From positions 32,001 through 96,000 of the forward strand of contig MTLP01000022.1 of the NCBI GenBank assembly GCA_002009975.1: DNA of 64,000 bases, written 5' to 3'. The stretch is from Thermococcus sp. JdFR-02. Lineage in GTDB: Archaea; Methanobacteriota_B; Thermococci; Thermococcales; Thermococcaceae. Both the position numbers and the translations under genes were made by a program. Positions 10,277 through 18,550 of this stretch are shown one piece after another (the first letter of the stretch is position 1; the number at the start of each line of letters is the position of its first letter). The notes below the pieces were generated by a model, which did not search any database, was not told the origin of the DNA, and worked only from the letters and a program-made list of their open reading frames with translations.

Positions 10277-10583
10277 CTCTACCCCTCCTGAAAGTGTTTA
10301 CCCAATTTTGATCTAAGAAAACTCCAACCGTGTAAACAAGTCCAGCTATGAATGCACCCCACCACATAAATGCCAGTCCCCATTCATTTCCTTCAAGCTG
10401 AAGAACACTTCCAGAATCCGTTATTACGTTTAAATCAAAGCTATAAATTCCAGCAATTAAAAAAAGTGCACTCCCCACTGCAATTAGGAGTGGATTATCA
10501 CCATTCGCTCCAGCAATATACATTGCTGCTGCAATTACGAGTACTACTAAGTATATTTCCAACAGCATAGTATCCCACCTCAA
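10269..10583 (-). CDS. Small 3-TM membrane protein
   Basis: Three hydrophobic segments; directly follows the capsid-like gene. Confidence 0.75.
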   Translation of the reverse strand: MRWDTMLLEIYLVVLVIAAAMYIAGANGDNPLLIAVGSALFLIAGIYSFDLNVITDSGSVLQLEGNEWGLAFMWWGAFIAGLVYTVGVFLDQNWVNTFRRGRGE

Positions 10584-10604
10584 AAATAAATTGAAGAAAA
10601 AGGA

Positions 10605-11015
10605 TCAGCCTCTACCTATAAAAGCGTAAACTGCACCTATGAGCATTCCAAATACTGATACTAATATTGTCAGACCCCATGCCTCGAAACCTTGTCCTGT
10701 ATAGCTAAGGAAATTTTGATACGGTGTATAGAAAGTGCTATTTGCTGAAATCTTTGCAGAAACTGTTGGTTCGACTTGTGCTACAACCATAATTGCAATG
10801 AAAGCTGTAATAAAAACTGCTGCTAATGCTGCACCAACTCTTGGATCTAATGAACCTCTTCTCCTTGCGAAATTTATTTCCCAAGGCATGATGACTGGTG
10901 TTCTTTGCTTTTCAAGTTTCTCAAGCCTACTTAGTGCCTTTGCCTGTGCCTTCTCTAACCCTACTACCACAAAACTCAAAACAAGCAAAATTGGCGTCGG
11001 TAGTTTAAACTTCAC
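10605..11015 (-). CDS. Putative major capsid protein precursor (spindle-virus-type two hydrophobic helices)
   Basis: First gene of operon, strong GAGGAGGTGG RBS, U-rich tract after stop; RRRG followed by helix - loop with N-S-T sequon - helix, as in SSV1 VP1-like proteins. Confidence 0.65.
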   Translation of the reverse strand: MKFKLPTPILLVLSFVVVGLEKAQAKALSRLEKLEKQRTPVIMPWEINFARRRGSLDPRVGAALAAVFITAFIAIMVVAQVEPTVSAKISANSTFYTPYQNFLSYTGQGFEAWGLTILVSVFGMLIGAVYAFIGRG

Positions 11016-11051
11016 ATGCCCACCTCCTCAAATAGGATTCCAACAGAAAAA

Positions 11052-11236
11052 TTAGCCCCAAATCTTTAAATAACTTAGTCAAACGCTTTCTTTGGGCTAA
11101 AGAAGTCATAACAATGCTTATTATGTTTGTCAAACTTTCTAAATTAAGGCATATAATATAATCTAATTAATATGGTTGGAAAATCTTGCTCACTATGACA
11201 AACAAAAAAGAAAGTGTGTGAGAAAGTTAGACAAGC
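11052..11236 (-). promoter_or_regulatory. Virion-operon promoter region with repeated 11-bp palindrome GTTTGWCAAAC
   Basis: TATA-like element near 11063-11073; copies at 11074-84, 11125-35 (perfect), 11193-203, 11226-36; TTAGCCC...GGGCTAA inverted repeat brackets the TATA. Confidence 0.5.
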
Positions 11237-11514
11237 TCTTCGATTGCCTTGAGTAGAGACTTCTTCGAGTCACTTCTTGTTCTCATCTTCAAAAGAGGAG
11301 CAAGTTTCTCTGGAGGTATCCTAAGTGAAAGAGATAAAACAGCAAGTTCATAGACCTTTGCTCTGTTACTAAGCTCGTATTTTTCCTGTAATCTTTCAAC
11401 TATTTTTCTCAATGTTTCGTTCTCTCTAATATATGTGTAATCGTCTTTTTTCTCTTTGAAATATTTCAGCAATATTATCTTTTGTGCTTGTTCTAACTCT
11501 AACACTTCAGCCAT
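11227..11514 (-). CDS. Small basic protein, possible ribbon-helix-helix regulator
   Basis: YTYIR strand followed by two helices (TLRKIVERLQEKY-ELSNRAKVYELAV); GGTGA RBS. Confidence 0.6.
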   Translation of the reverse strand: MAEVLELEQAQKIILLKYFKEKKDDYTYIRENETLRKIVERLQEKYELSNRAKVYELAVLSLSLRIPPEKLAPLLKMRTRSDSKKSLLKAIEELV

Positions 11515-11525
11515 AATTCTTCACC

Positions 11526-11630
11526 TTATTTTCTTGCCTTTTTCTTTATTGTCCTTCCAAGCCTCAAACCAAGTAGCATTGAAACAATTCCCAATCCAGA
11601 TAAAACTACCATCCAAAAAACCCAACTCAT
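11526..11630 (-). CDS. 34-aa single-TM peptide with basic tail (not in ORF track)
   Basis: MSWVFWMVVLSGLGIVSMLLGLRLGRTIKKKARK; ATGA overlap and GGAGGTGA RBS. Confidence 0.65.
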   Translation of the reverse strand: MSWVFWMVVLSGLGIVSMLLGLRLGRTIKKKARK

Positions 11631-12055
11631 TTTTTCACCTCCTTTGCAGGCTGGAAGCTTCGCCGTTCACGGCGAGGAGGAAAGCTCGTAAAGTTTATCT
11701 TCAGGAGATCCCATCCCAACGAGATCATGCCAACGAGGATTGTTAATAGTCCTATACTAGTGAGTCCAAAACCAACTTTTTCATCCCAACTCATCGGTGG
11801 ACCCTCATCAGAAGCCCAACAACACGTAGGAAATTCCTTATCAGTGAAATTGTGGGCTTCTAAGTACCTATCGACTGCATACATGCAAGTGCCTCCACAA
11901 GCAACCCTTATTCCAAGCTCTTTTTCAGCCCATTCAATTGCCTTGTATGTATTTTGAACACAGAGAGGAGGTTCCGCATGCTCTAGGATAACCCACCCTA
12001 CTACGAATAACAAAATCCCTATGCCGAGGACTACGAGATCCTCTTTGTATGTCAT
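11627..12055 (-). CDS. 2-TM protein with Cys-rich loop
   Basis: 5 Cys (C..CGGTC..CCW) between two TM helices; ATGA overlap with integrase stop. Confidence 0.7.
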   Translation of the reverse strand: MTYKEDLVVLGIGILLFVVGWVILEHAEPPLCVQNTYKAIEWAEKELGIRVACGGTCMYAVDRYLEAHNFTDKEFPTCCWASDEGPPMSWDEKVGFGLTSIGLLTILVGMISLGWDLLKINFTSFPPRRERRSFQPAKEVKK

Positions 12056-12885
12056 TCCTCCAACACCTCTTTTAGCTTATCAACAACGCGAGAATAAGCC
12101 GTATCGGCTTTTTTCATCAAATCGAGATAGTGCTTCTCAAGAACAGAGCGTGAAACTCTGCTATGAATAAAGTTCACAAGATATCCGTCAATATAATCAA
12201 TGAGAAAATTAGTGTGCCATTTCCTTATCGTTGAGGGATTAACGCGCCCATAGTGGAGCTTCTTGTTAATCGTATCGTACTTCACATTTACTTGGCTTAA
12301 CTCATGTACAAGCTCCGCTGGAAAGTATACGAAAAAGGCTGCTTTCGTGCCTTTTCTCCCCATGAGTGGATACTTCGCCGCTTTGCCAAAAACAATGACT
12401 TTTGAAGCATCGTAGTTTGTGAGCATGTCATGAACAGCTGAGAGCCTCGCTCCGCTATAAACAAGAAGCTTGAAGAAAAGCAAAGTATCTACATCTGCAT
12501 GCTTCTTGAAGTACTCATAAGCCTCTCTGAGCTCTTCAATTGAGATGTAGATTTCTCTTTTACCAGTTTGCTTGATTTTGATAATCTCTTTCAACTGCTC
12601 GTGCTCTTCCCTTGTAATCACGTTTATCTCTTTCAAGAAGTGTATGAAATTTCTAAGTGCCTTGCAGAGGTTACGCTTGTAGTTTTCCTTGATTAATGCT
12701 TTTTGCAAGTCTTCATAGCTGTGTACCTTGTACTTAGCAAAAAATCTCTCAAGTGCTCTTAAGTAGTCTTTCGCTGTCTTTGCGGCTACTTTTTGTGAGA
12801 GCCATTCGCCAAATTGCTCCTTATATTTATTCCACCACTCCTGCCACGCCGCGGGCCCGGGTTCAAATCCCGGCCACCGCACCAC
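12052..12885 (-). CDS. int: SSV-type tyrosine integrase, C-terminal fragment Int(C)
   Basis: First residues VRWPGFEPGPAAWQ are the reverse complement of the tRNA att; catalytic motifs YSGAR, IRKWH, FIHSR, KHY. Confidence 0.92.
   Translation of the reverse strand: MVRWPGFEPGPAAWQEWWNKYKEQFGEWLSQKVAAKTAKDYLRALERFFAKYKVHSYEDLQKALIKENYKRNLCKALRNFIHFLKEINVITREEHEQLKEIIKIKQTGKREIYISIEELREAYEYFKKHADVDTLLFFKLLVYSGARLSAVHDMLTNYDASKVIVFGKAAKYPLMGRKGTKAAFFVYFPAELVHELSQVNVKYDTINKKLHYGRVNPSTIRKWHTNFLIDYIDGYLVNFIHSRVSRSVLEKHYLDLMKKADTAYSRVVDKLKEVLEE
12840..12884 (+). repeat. attR: 3' half of tRNA-Gly(GCC), anticodon loop through CCA
   Basis: CCTGCCACGCCGCGGGCCCGGGTTCAAATCCCGGCCACCGCACCA; no 5' half upstream. 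Confidence 0.92.
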
Positions 12886-13247
12886 AACTCATTCTTAGAA
12901 GCTTCTTCAATCTCTTCTTGGGATAAGTGCTCTTTTAGAAATCTGTTGGTCAATCTGAATAAGCTGTACTCTTTGTTGAGAACCTTTTCTACATCAACAT
13001 TTTTGAAATTGTTAGTAGAGCCCTATACTTCCTTTTCAAAGATCTTTAAGAGTTTTCCACACTTAAACTAGATATATCAGCCAATGATTGAGATTAAACT
13101 CCAATCGTTGGAATGTCAAGTTCAAGCCTCTAATTCCGAAGTTGAAGCCTACTATAAACGAGAAGAAGTATAAGATCAAACTATCCTAAACGATATAAAT
13201 GACAAAATCTAACATTTAACTAAGAATCACTTGGAGGGTATTAACAA

Positions 13248-13661
13248 ATGACCATTTTTGCCCCTTCCATTGCAAAGATATTATCTAAAATCTCCACCAA
13301 TGTATGGAACAAAATTGTTATGGATGAGCTAGAATTCAAACTCAGAGATCAACTTAAAAGATATGGATTTGGCAAGTTTGCCACTCTAATGATTGCTATA
13401 GGTTTAAACGATTATCAGTTTAAAGAACCGGCGGAAAGGGTCTATTGGTCCGAGATACATGAAATAATAAAAAACAAATCTGTTCCTAAAACTACAAAAG
13501 AATTAGAAGAGTTATTAGCTCCTTTCTACGAGAATAAACGATTACACAGGATCAAAATCAAGAGATTACAAAAATTTCTCAATAGTTGTATAACATATAT
13601 TTCTGGAATTCAAGTCCATCCGAAGTTAGTAGAAACTTTAGGTTATGATACAATACCATAA
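13248..13661 (+). pseudogene. C-terminally truncated AGOG-like N-glycosylase/DNA lyase
   Basis: IGLNDYQ..AE..YW...NKRL..IKIKRL..FL resembles the AGOG N-terminal half; HhH/catalytic half absent; GGAGGG RBS. Confidence 0.55.
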
Positions 13662-13673
13662 GGAGAGTTGTAA

Positions 13674-14654
13674 ATGGGCTTAAAGAGTCTTCATGCCAAT
13701 TTGCAAAATGAACTTGTTAAAATAGGTAATAAATTTGGATTCTTAGCTACAAAAGAGTATCATCTAAAAAATCTTTATCCAAGATACTCACCAATAGTCG
13801 ATGTAGTCTGGTTCTATCAACTCTCAGAAGAACAGTCATTAGCAATAAGCAAAGTATATGATTTATGGCGTTATTGGAAAGGTTCAAGAGCATTGTATCC
13901 ATATGTAGCCTTTGAAATTACATCTTTAGATGCCACCTCAAAGACAATCATGAGTGAAATCTGGAATCTAAAGCTTGCTGGGTTCAGATATTCTTTTAAT
14001 GTTGTTCCTAGTAAAAATCCAAAACATCCAGATTACATGCACAAAGAGAGAGCTGAAAGAATAGCTAGGACATTAAAACATTTTTCTGGAGTGAGTGATG
14101 CTTTTGTTGTTTCAATAGAAGAGCTTAAAGAAGCCATTTATAATATGAAAAGTTCTCCTATCAAGGTATTATCTACAAGGAAACCAACATTATTCAAAAT
14201 TCCACATTTGAGAGATAATCTCCACAATAACATAATACACAAGTTAGCAGAATTCGGAAAAAAACATGGTTTCATCCCTATGGTTGAGTACACTCCAAGC
14301 TGGCTCAAAAAGTTTGAGAAGAGAGCAACTTTTATTCGGCATGATGTTGTATGGCTCCTAGAATTGCCTGTTGATACTGAGATTCAGTTTAAGGAGTTCT
14401 TAAGATTTCTGGGGATTAATCCAGTTAGAGACGTTAATCCTATTGAAGTACTAGCTTTTGAAGTTGAATTAGGAGCTTTTAATAAGCACAGCATCGGCAG
14501 TGTTCTCAATCTTGCCAGAATATCCAGAAGAGGTGTTTTAGTAATAGAGAATAAAAAGCCCAATCTTACGGAGACTGTAAGGCTTATCTCATCCAACAGA
14601 GTAGATGTAAAGAGTGTTACTGAATTTAAAGAGCTGTTTAAGAATCTAAAGTAA
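13674..14654 (+). CDS. Protein with two tandem restriction-endonuclease-like (PD-(D/E)xK) domains
   Basis: Internal duplication: LH..L...G.K.GF....EY...DVVW...AFE(IT/VE)...NL occurs twice. Confidence 0.65.
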   Translation: MGLKSLHANLQNELVKIGNKFGFLATKEYHLKNLYPRYSPIVDVVWFYQLSEEQSLAISKVYDLWRYWKGSRALYPYVAFEITSLDATSKTIMSEIWNLKLAGFRYSFNVVPSKNPKHPDYMHKERAERIARTLKHFSGVSDAFVVSIEELKEAIYNMKSSPIKVLSTRKPTLFKIPHLRDNLHNNIIHKLAEFGKKHGFIPMVEYTPSWLKKFEKRATFIRHDVVWLLELPVDTEIQFKEFLRFLGINPVRDVNPIEVLAFEVELGAFNKHSIGSVLNLARISRRGVLVIENKKPNLTETVRLISSNRVDVKSVTEFKELFKNLK

Positions 14655-14997
14655 CAATCATAAAGTTTTTTACCAAGTTTAAAAATTAAAAGAAGAGAAA
14701 ACATTCCTAACTCCACTATTTTAAGAGTTTTTAATGTCATCAATTATCTTCTGAGTAAGTTCTATCTGCCTGTACTTCAAGATCATAGATAGTACTATTC
14801 CAATGTTACCTTAAGTAAAATGTTCCGAACTCAAGTAGAGCTATGATTGCATTAACCAAACTCTCATATATACTCAATAACCTAGCCTAGTAAACTCATG
14901 ATTTTAAACCATTTAACAATTAGGAGATTCTGTCCACCATTTTCGAATCAATCTGTTAAAAACATCCTTAAAACAGAAAAGGAAAAATCAAAAGTAA

Positions 14998-15801
14998 CTA
15001 ATCCCCAGTAGCTCCCTTTAATGCATCTTTACAGCCACACCTTCTCTCCCTTGGAATGTATTCAATAGCCTTCATTAATAACAGTTTTATCTCCTCGCTT
15101 TTTTTCGCCATTAGCTCAACAACCTCTGTATGGGTGAGCTTTGTTGGACTTATTCCAGCTGCAAAGTTGGTAACTATCGCAACGCTTGAATAGCACATTT
15201 CAAGCTCTCTTGCCAATATAGCCTCTGGTACTTGGGTCATTCCAACCACATCTGCTCCTAGAATCTTGAGCATTCTAATCTCCGCTTTAGTTTCAAACCT
15301 AGGTCCTTCCATACAAGCATAAGTCCCCTTTGGATGATAGGGGAATCTAAGCTCTTTTGCTGCTCTTATTATTGCATTCCTAAGCTCTGGACAATAAGGT
15401 TCTGTAAAGTCAACATGGGCAACAAATTTCCTATCATGTGGACTCTCCTCACCATCATAGAAGGTATAAACTCTATTCTTTGTAAAATCGATGAGCTGAT
15501 CCAAAACAACAAAATCTCCGGGTTTCATATTTTCATTTAGAGAGCCGACTGCGGAAGTTGCTAAAATCCTCTCAACCCCTAACTCATATAACCCCCAAAT
15601 GTTTGCTCTGTAGTTTATTTTATGGGGCGGAACGCTGTGTTTTTCACCGTGCCTTGGCATAAATACGATCTCTTCCCCTTTGTATTCTCCAATTTTAACC
15701 TTAACTTCCCCATAAGGAGTTCTTATTATCTCTTCTCTTATATTTTCCAAAAGTCTTGGATCATAAACTCCACTACCACCAATAATAGCTATTCTTGGCA
15801 T
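14998..15801 (-). CDS. mtnP: S-methyl-5'-thioadenosine phosphorylase
   Basis: IIGGSG, RHG..H.VPPH.INYRAN, EGPRFET.AE, GADVVGMT. Confidence 0.92.
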   Translation of the reverse strand: MPRIAIIGGSGVYDPRLLENIREEIIRTPYGEVKVKIGEYKGEEIVFMPRHGEKHSVPPHKINYRANIWGLYELGVERILATSAVGSLNENMKPGDFVVLDQLIDFTKNRVYTFYDGEESPHDRKFVAHVDFTEPYCPELRNAIIRAAKELRFPYHPKGTYACMEGPRFETKAEIRMLKILGADVVGMTQVPEAILARELEMCYSSVAIVTNFAAGISPTKLTHTEVVELMAKKSEEIKLLLMKAIEYIPRERRCGCKDALKGATGD

Positions 15802-15926
15802 CTGCATCACCTAAGAATACTTGGAAATAAGGCTTAAAATGTTGTTGATAATTGCTGCTCTATTTTTTAATCATAAAATATTAAAAACAGACGTAAGTAG
15901 TTACGACAGAAAACGAAAAAATAAAA

Positions 15927-16136
15927 TCAACTTAATTCGTCATAGACTACTCCAACCACTTCACCATCATCTAATGAAACAAAACTTATTTTTAACTTTT
16001 TACCTGTTTTTGGATCAACAACAACAAAATCAGGCTTTTTTAAATATTCACTCCTAGGCAGATGCCAAACATCGCCGTAATGTTTTTTTAGGCTTTCAAA
16101 AAATTTCTTGACATCCTTTCTAACAACCGTTGTCAT
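15927..16136 (-). CDS. Small hypothetical protein
   Basis: GGTGA RBS, typical codon usage. Confidence 0.7.
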   Translation of the reverse strand: MTTVVRKDVKKFFESLKKHYGDVWHLPRSEYLKKPDFVVVDPKTGKKLKISFVSLDDGEVVGVVYDELS

Positions 16137-16247
16137 AGATATCACCAATATATTATACTACTTTTGAATATAAAAGACTTTCTAATCGCTATTCGTTAAA
16201 ATTAATATCGACAATTGCCTTAATGTTTAAAAATAGAGAAAGTAACA

Positions 16248-17105
16248 TCACTTAGATTTTTTGCATAGCATAGAACCTTGAGGAACTTTCAATTCTCTTG
16301 CAATCGGTTTACATTTGGCTTTGAGTAGATAAAAGATCTTATCCTCCTTTATTTCGTTAAGGGTTTCAAAATTCCCCTGTCCTTTTGCAATTATTACATC
16401 TGCCCTTTCAAAGAGTTCTTTAAATTCCTTACTAACCCTATCAAATGGAGCTCCCACAATCCTTGTTCCTGTTGAGATTATCTCAGCAATTTCATCAAAT
16501 TTGGCATTTTTTAAATCCTCAATCGTTGCATCATTAATTATTGCCCCCTCTTTCCCAGCAACATAAATATCCAAATGCGGAAACTCTTCCTTGAGTTTTT
16601 CTAAAAAGAGCTTATCAAAGTAAATTTCACCACAATTATCAGTCAAATAAAGAAGAACTTTGCTTTTTCCCAGCTTTTCAAAGAGTTCATCGCTCTCATC
16701 TACATAAAGCTCTTCGCTGAGCATTGTTAAGATGTCTTCCTCTATCCTTTTTAGCTCATAGCCAACGGCAAAATCTATTACGTTTCCAGCTATTGCCAAC
16801 TTTAGGGCTGTTTTCAAATCTATGGAAATTTTTCTCTTTAAATCCTCAACAACCTTCTCTGCTAACCTATTTGACACTTCCTTATACTTTCTAAAGGGAT
16901 CATCCTCATCGAGGAACTCATAAAGCTCAAGAAATATCTCACTTCCAGTTGTCGCTGGTATTGAATCTTCATTAAAGTACTTTTCAACCAGCTTTGCTGT
17001 AAAAATCATAGCTTCCTTTCTTTTTATTAAATCATCAGTGCTGAACTCCACTATCTTTTGAGCTTGATTTATCATGCATGAGAGGCATTCATAATGCACT
17101 TTCAT
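16248..17105 (-). CDS. DUF89/ARMT1-like damage-control phosphatase
   Basis: EC.SC, AIAGN.IDF, DNCGE, KGQGNFE, KC motifs. Confidence 0.9.
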   Translation of the reverse strand: MKVHYECLSCMINQAQKIVEFSTDDLIKRKEAMIFTAKLVEKYFNEDSIPATTGSEIFLELYEFLDEDDPFRKYKEVSNRLAEKVVEDLKRKISIDLKTALKLAIAGNVIDFAVGYELKRIEEDILTMLSEELYVDESDELFEKLGKSKVLLYLTDNCGEIYFDKLFLEKLKEEFPHLDIYVAGKEGAIINDATIEDLKNAKFDEIAEIISTGTRIVGAPFDRVSKEFKELFERADVIIAKGQGNFETLNEIKEDKIFYLLKAKCKPIARELKVPQGSMLCKKSK

Positions 17106-17180
17106 TTTATCACCCTACAATTAATGCCCCAAAGATCATATAAAAGTGCCTATTCTTAGGAAAAGTTTTAAATGTATAAA

Positions 17181-17198
17181 ACCGAACATTTGTTCGGT
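17181..17198 (+). promoter_or_regulatory. Perfect palindrome ACCGAACA-TT-TGTTCGGT between TATA and RBS of the MFS gene
   Basis: 8-bp arms; right arm overlaps the GGTGGTG RBS. Confidence 0.55.
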
Positions 17199-17205
17199 GG
17201 TGCGT

Positions 17206-18489
17206 ATGGAGACCATTGAGAAGGCTAAATTCGGAAAGTTTCACTATAATCTGTTAGCAGTTTTGGGAACAATCTGGGCGTTTATAGCAATAAATACTAT
17301 AGCTGCAAGTTTTTTAATTCCTCTACTAAAAAAAGAACCTGCGTTTCAAGGGAGCTTGGCTAAATTAGGTTCCCTCGGTTCAGCTGCTTTATTTGGAATG
17401 CTTTTTGGAGCTTGGCTTTTTGGAAGCTTAGCCGATTATATAGGAAGAAAAAAGAGCTTAGCGATTGCAGTGACAACTTTTGGGCTTGGCTCAATAATAA
17501 GTGCCTTTTCTCAAAGCTTAGATCAGCTTATAGCTTTGCGTTTTGTAGTTGGTTTAGGCTTAGGTGGTTCATTGCCAGTGGCAAGTTCATATTTTGCCGA
17601 GTTCATGCCTCAACGAATCAGAGGAGCTATGATATCAATATTGGAAAGTTTCTGGGCGATAGGAACGATAATTATTGGAATAGTCGCTTTGGCAATCGGA
17701 ACGAGCTGGAGAAACCTTTTATTCTTTGGCGGTACAGTATTGCTAATCTTACCTATACTATTAGCCCTTCCAGAGTCTCCAAGGTTTTTGCTTGTTAAGG
17801 GTAGAGTTGAAGAAGCCGAAAGAATTATAGAAAAGATTTTTGGAGTCAAAGTAAAGCTCAAAAAGCTTGAAGAGAAGCATGAAAAAGTTACAATAGCGGA
17901 ACTTTGGGAAAAATTTGCAAAAACAACATTAATGCTGACAGTTGCATGGTTCAGCATTGCTTTTGCATACTACGGCTTTTTCATCTGGCTACCAAAGTTC
18001 CTAGCTTCAACTCTAAGCATTACCGTCTTTAAGAGCTTTCAATATTTCATTATAACAGCTATAGCTCAACTTCCCGGTTATTACAGTGCAGCCTATTTAA
18101 TTGAAAAGATTGGAAGGAAAAAGACATTGTCAAGTTATCTCCTAATCTCAGGTTTAGCTGGTATTATGTTCTATAAATTTGCAAGTTCAGGCAATGTAAA
18201 TTTAATAATGCTCAGTGCGATACTCTTCAGCTTTTTCAACTTAGGTGCTTGGGGAGCTATTTACGCCTACACACCAGAGCTATATCCGACTAACGTTAGG
18301 GGTACTGGAACAGGATGGGCTGGAGCAATGGCAAGAATAGGAGGTGGTTTAGCTCCAATAATAGCTGGAAAATTAATGGAAAGTTACACCGTTGGAGTTG
18401 CTGTTCTCGTTATTGCAATAGTCTCAATAGTTGGTGCAGTGGATGTTTTGCTCTTAGGTGAAGAGACAAAAGGAAAAGCCTTAGCTTGA
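17206..18489 (+). CDS. MFS transporter (SV2/sugar-porter-like)
   Basis: GSLADYIGRK, PESPRFL, ELYPT.VRG motifs; ~12 TM. Confidence 0.92.
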   Translation: METIEKAKFGKFHYNLLAVLGTIWAFIAINTIAASFLIPLLKKEPAFQGSLAKLGSLGSAALFGMLFGAWLFGSLADYIGRKKSLAIAVTTFGLGSIISAFSQSLDQLIALRFVVGLGLGGSLPVASSYFAEFMPQRIRGAMISILESFWAIGTIIIGIVALAIGTSWRNLLFFGGTVLLILPILLALPESPRFLLVKGRVEEAERIIEKIFGVKVKLKKLEEKHEKVTIAELWEKFAKTTLMLTVAWFSIAFAYYGFFIWLPKFLASTLSITVFKSFQYFIITAIAQLPGYYSAAYLIEKIGRKKTLSSYLLISGLAGIMFYKFASSGNVNLIMLSAILFSFFNLGAWGAIYAYTPELYPTNVRGTGTGWAGAMARIGGGLAPIIAGKLMESYTVGVAVLVIAIVSIVGAVDVLLLGEETKGKALA

Positions 18490-18550
18490 TTTTTTATTTT
18501 TATCGAAAAATAGTTTAAGGAAGAGTTGCAATATTCTTTGGGCGATATTT

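Larger units (their letters stand above)
1..12884. mobile_element. Integrated element/provirus (spindle-shaped-virus-like), right part; left end outside window
   Basis: Ends at a 3'-half tRNA-Gly copy overlapping the integrase C-fragment. Tightly coupled minus-strand operon with capsid-like protein, ATPase and adhesin-like proteins; no housekeeping genes. Confidence 0.85.

Noticed and set aside
12810-12884. Complete tRNA-Gly gene
   Set aside because: D-arm and 5' acceptor strand are absent; upstream bases are integrase coding sequence
12814-13071. 85-aa plus-strand ORF containing GPGFKSRPPH
   Set aside because: Translation of the tRNA-derived att; no RBS
14925-14945. GATTCTGTCCACCA as a degenerate second att closing the islet
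   Set aside because: Too short and too divergent from the tRNA-Gly 3' end
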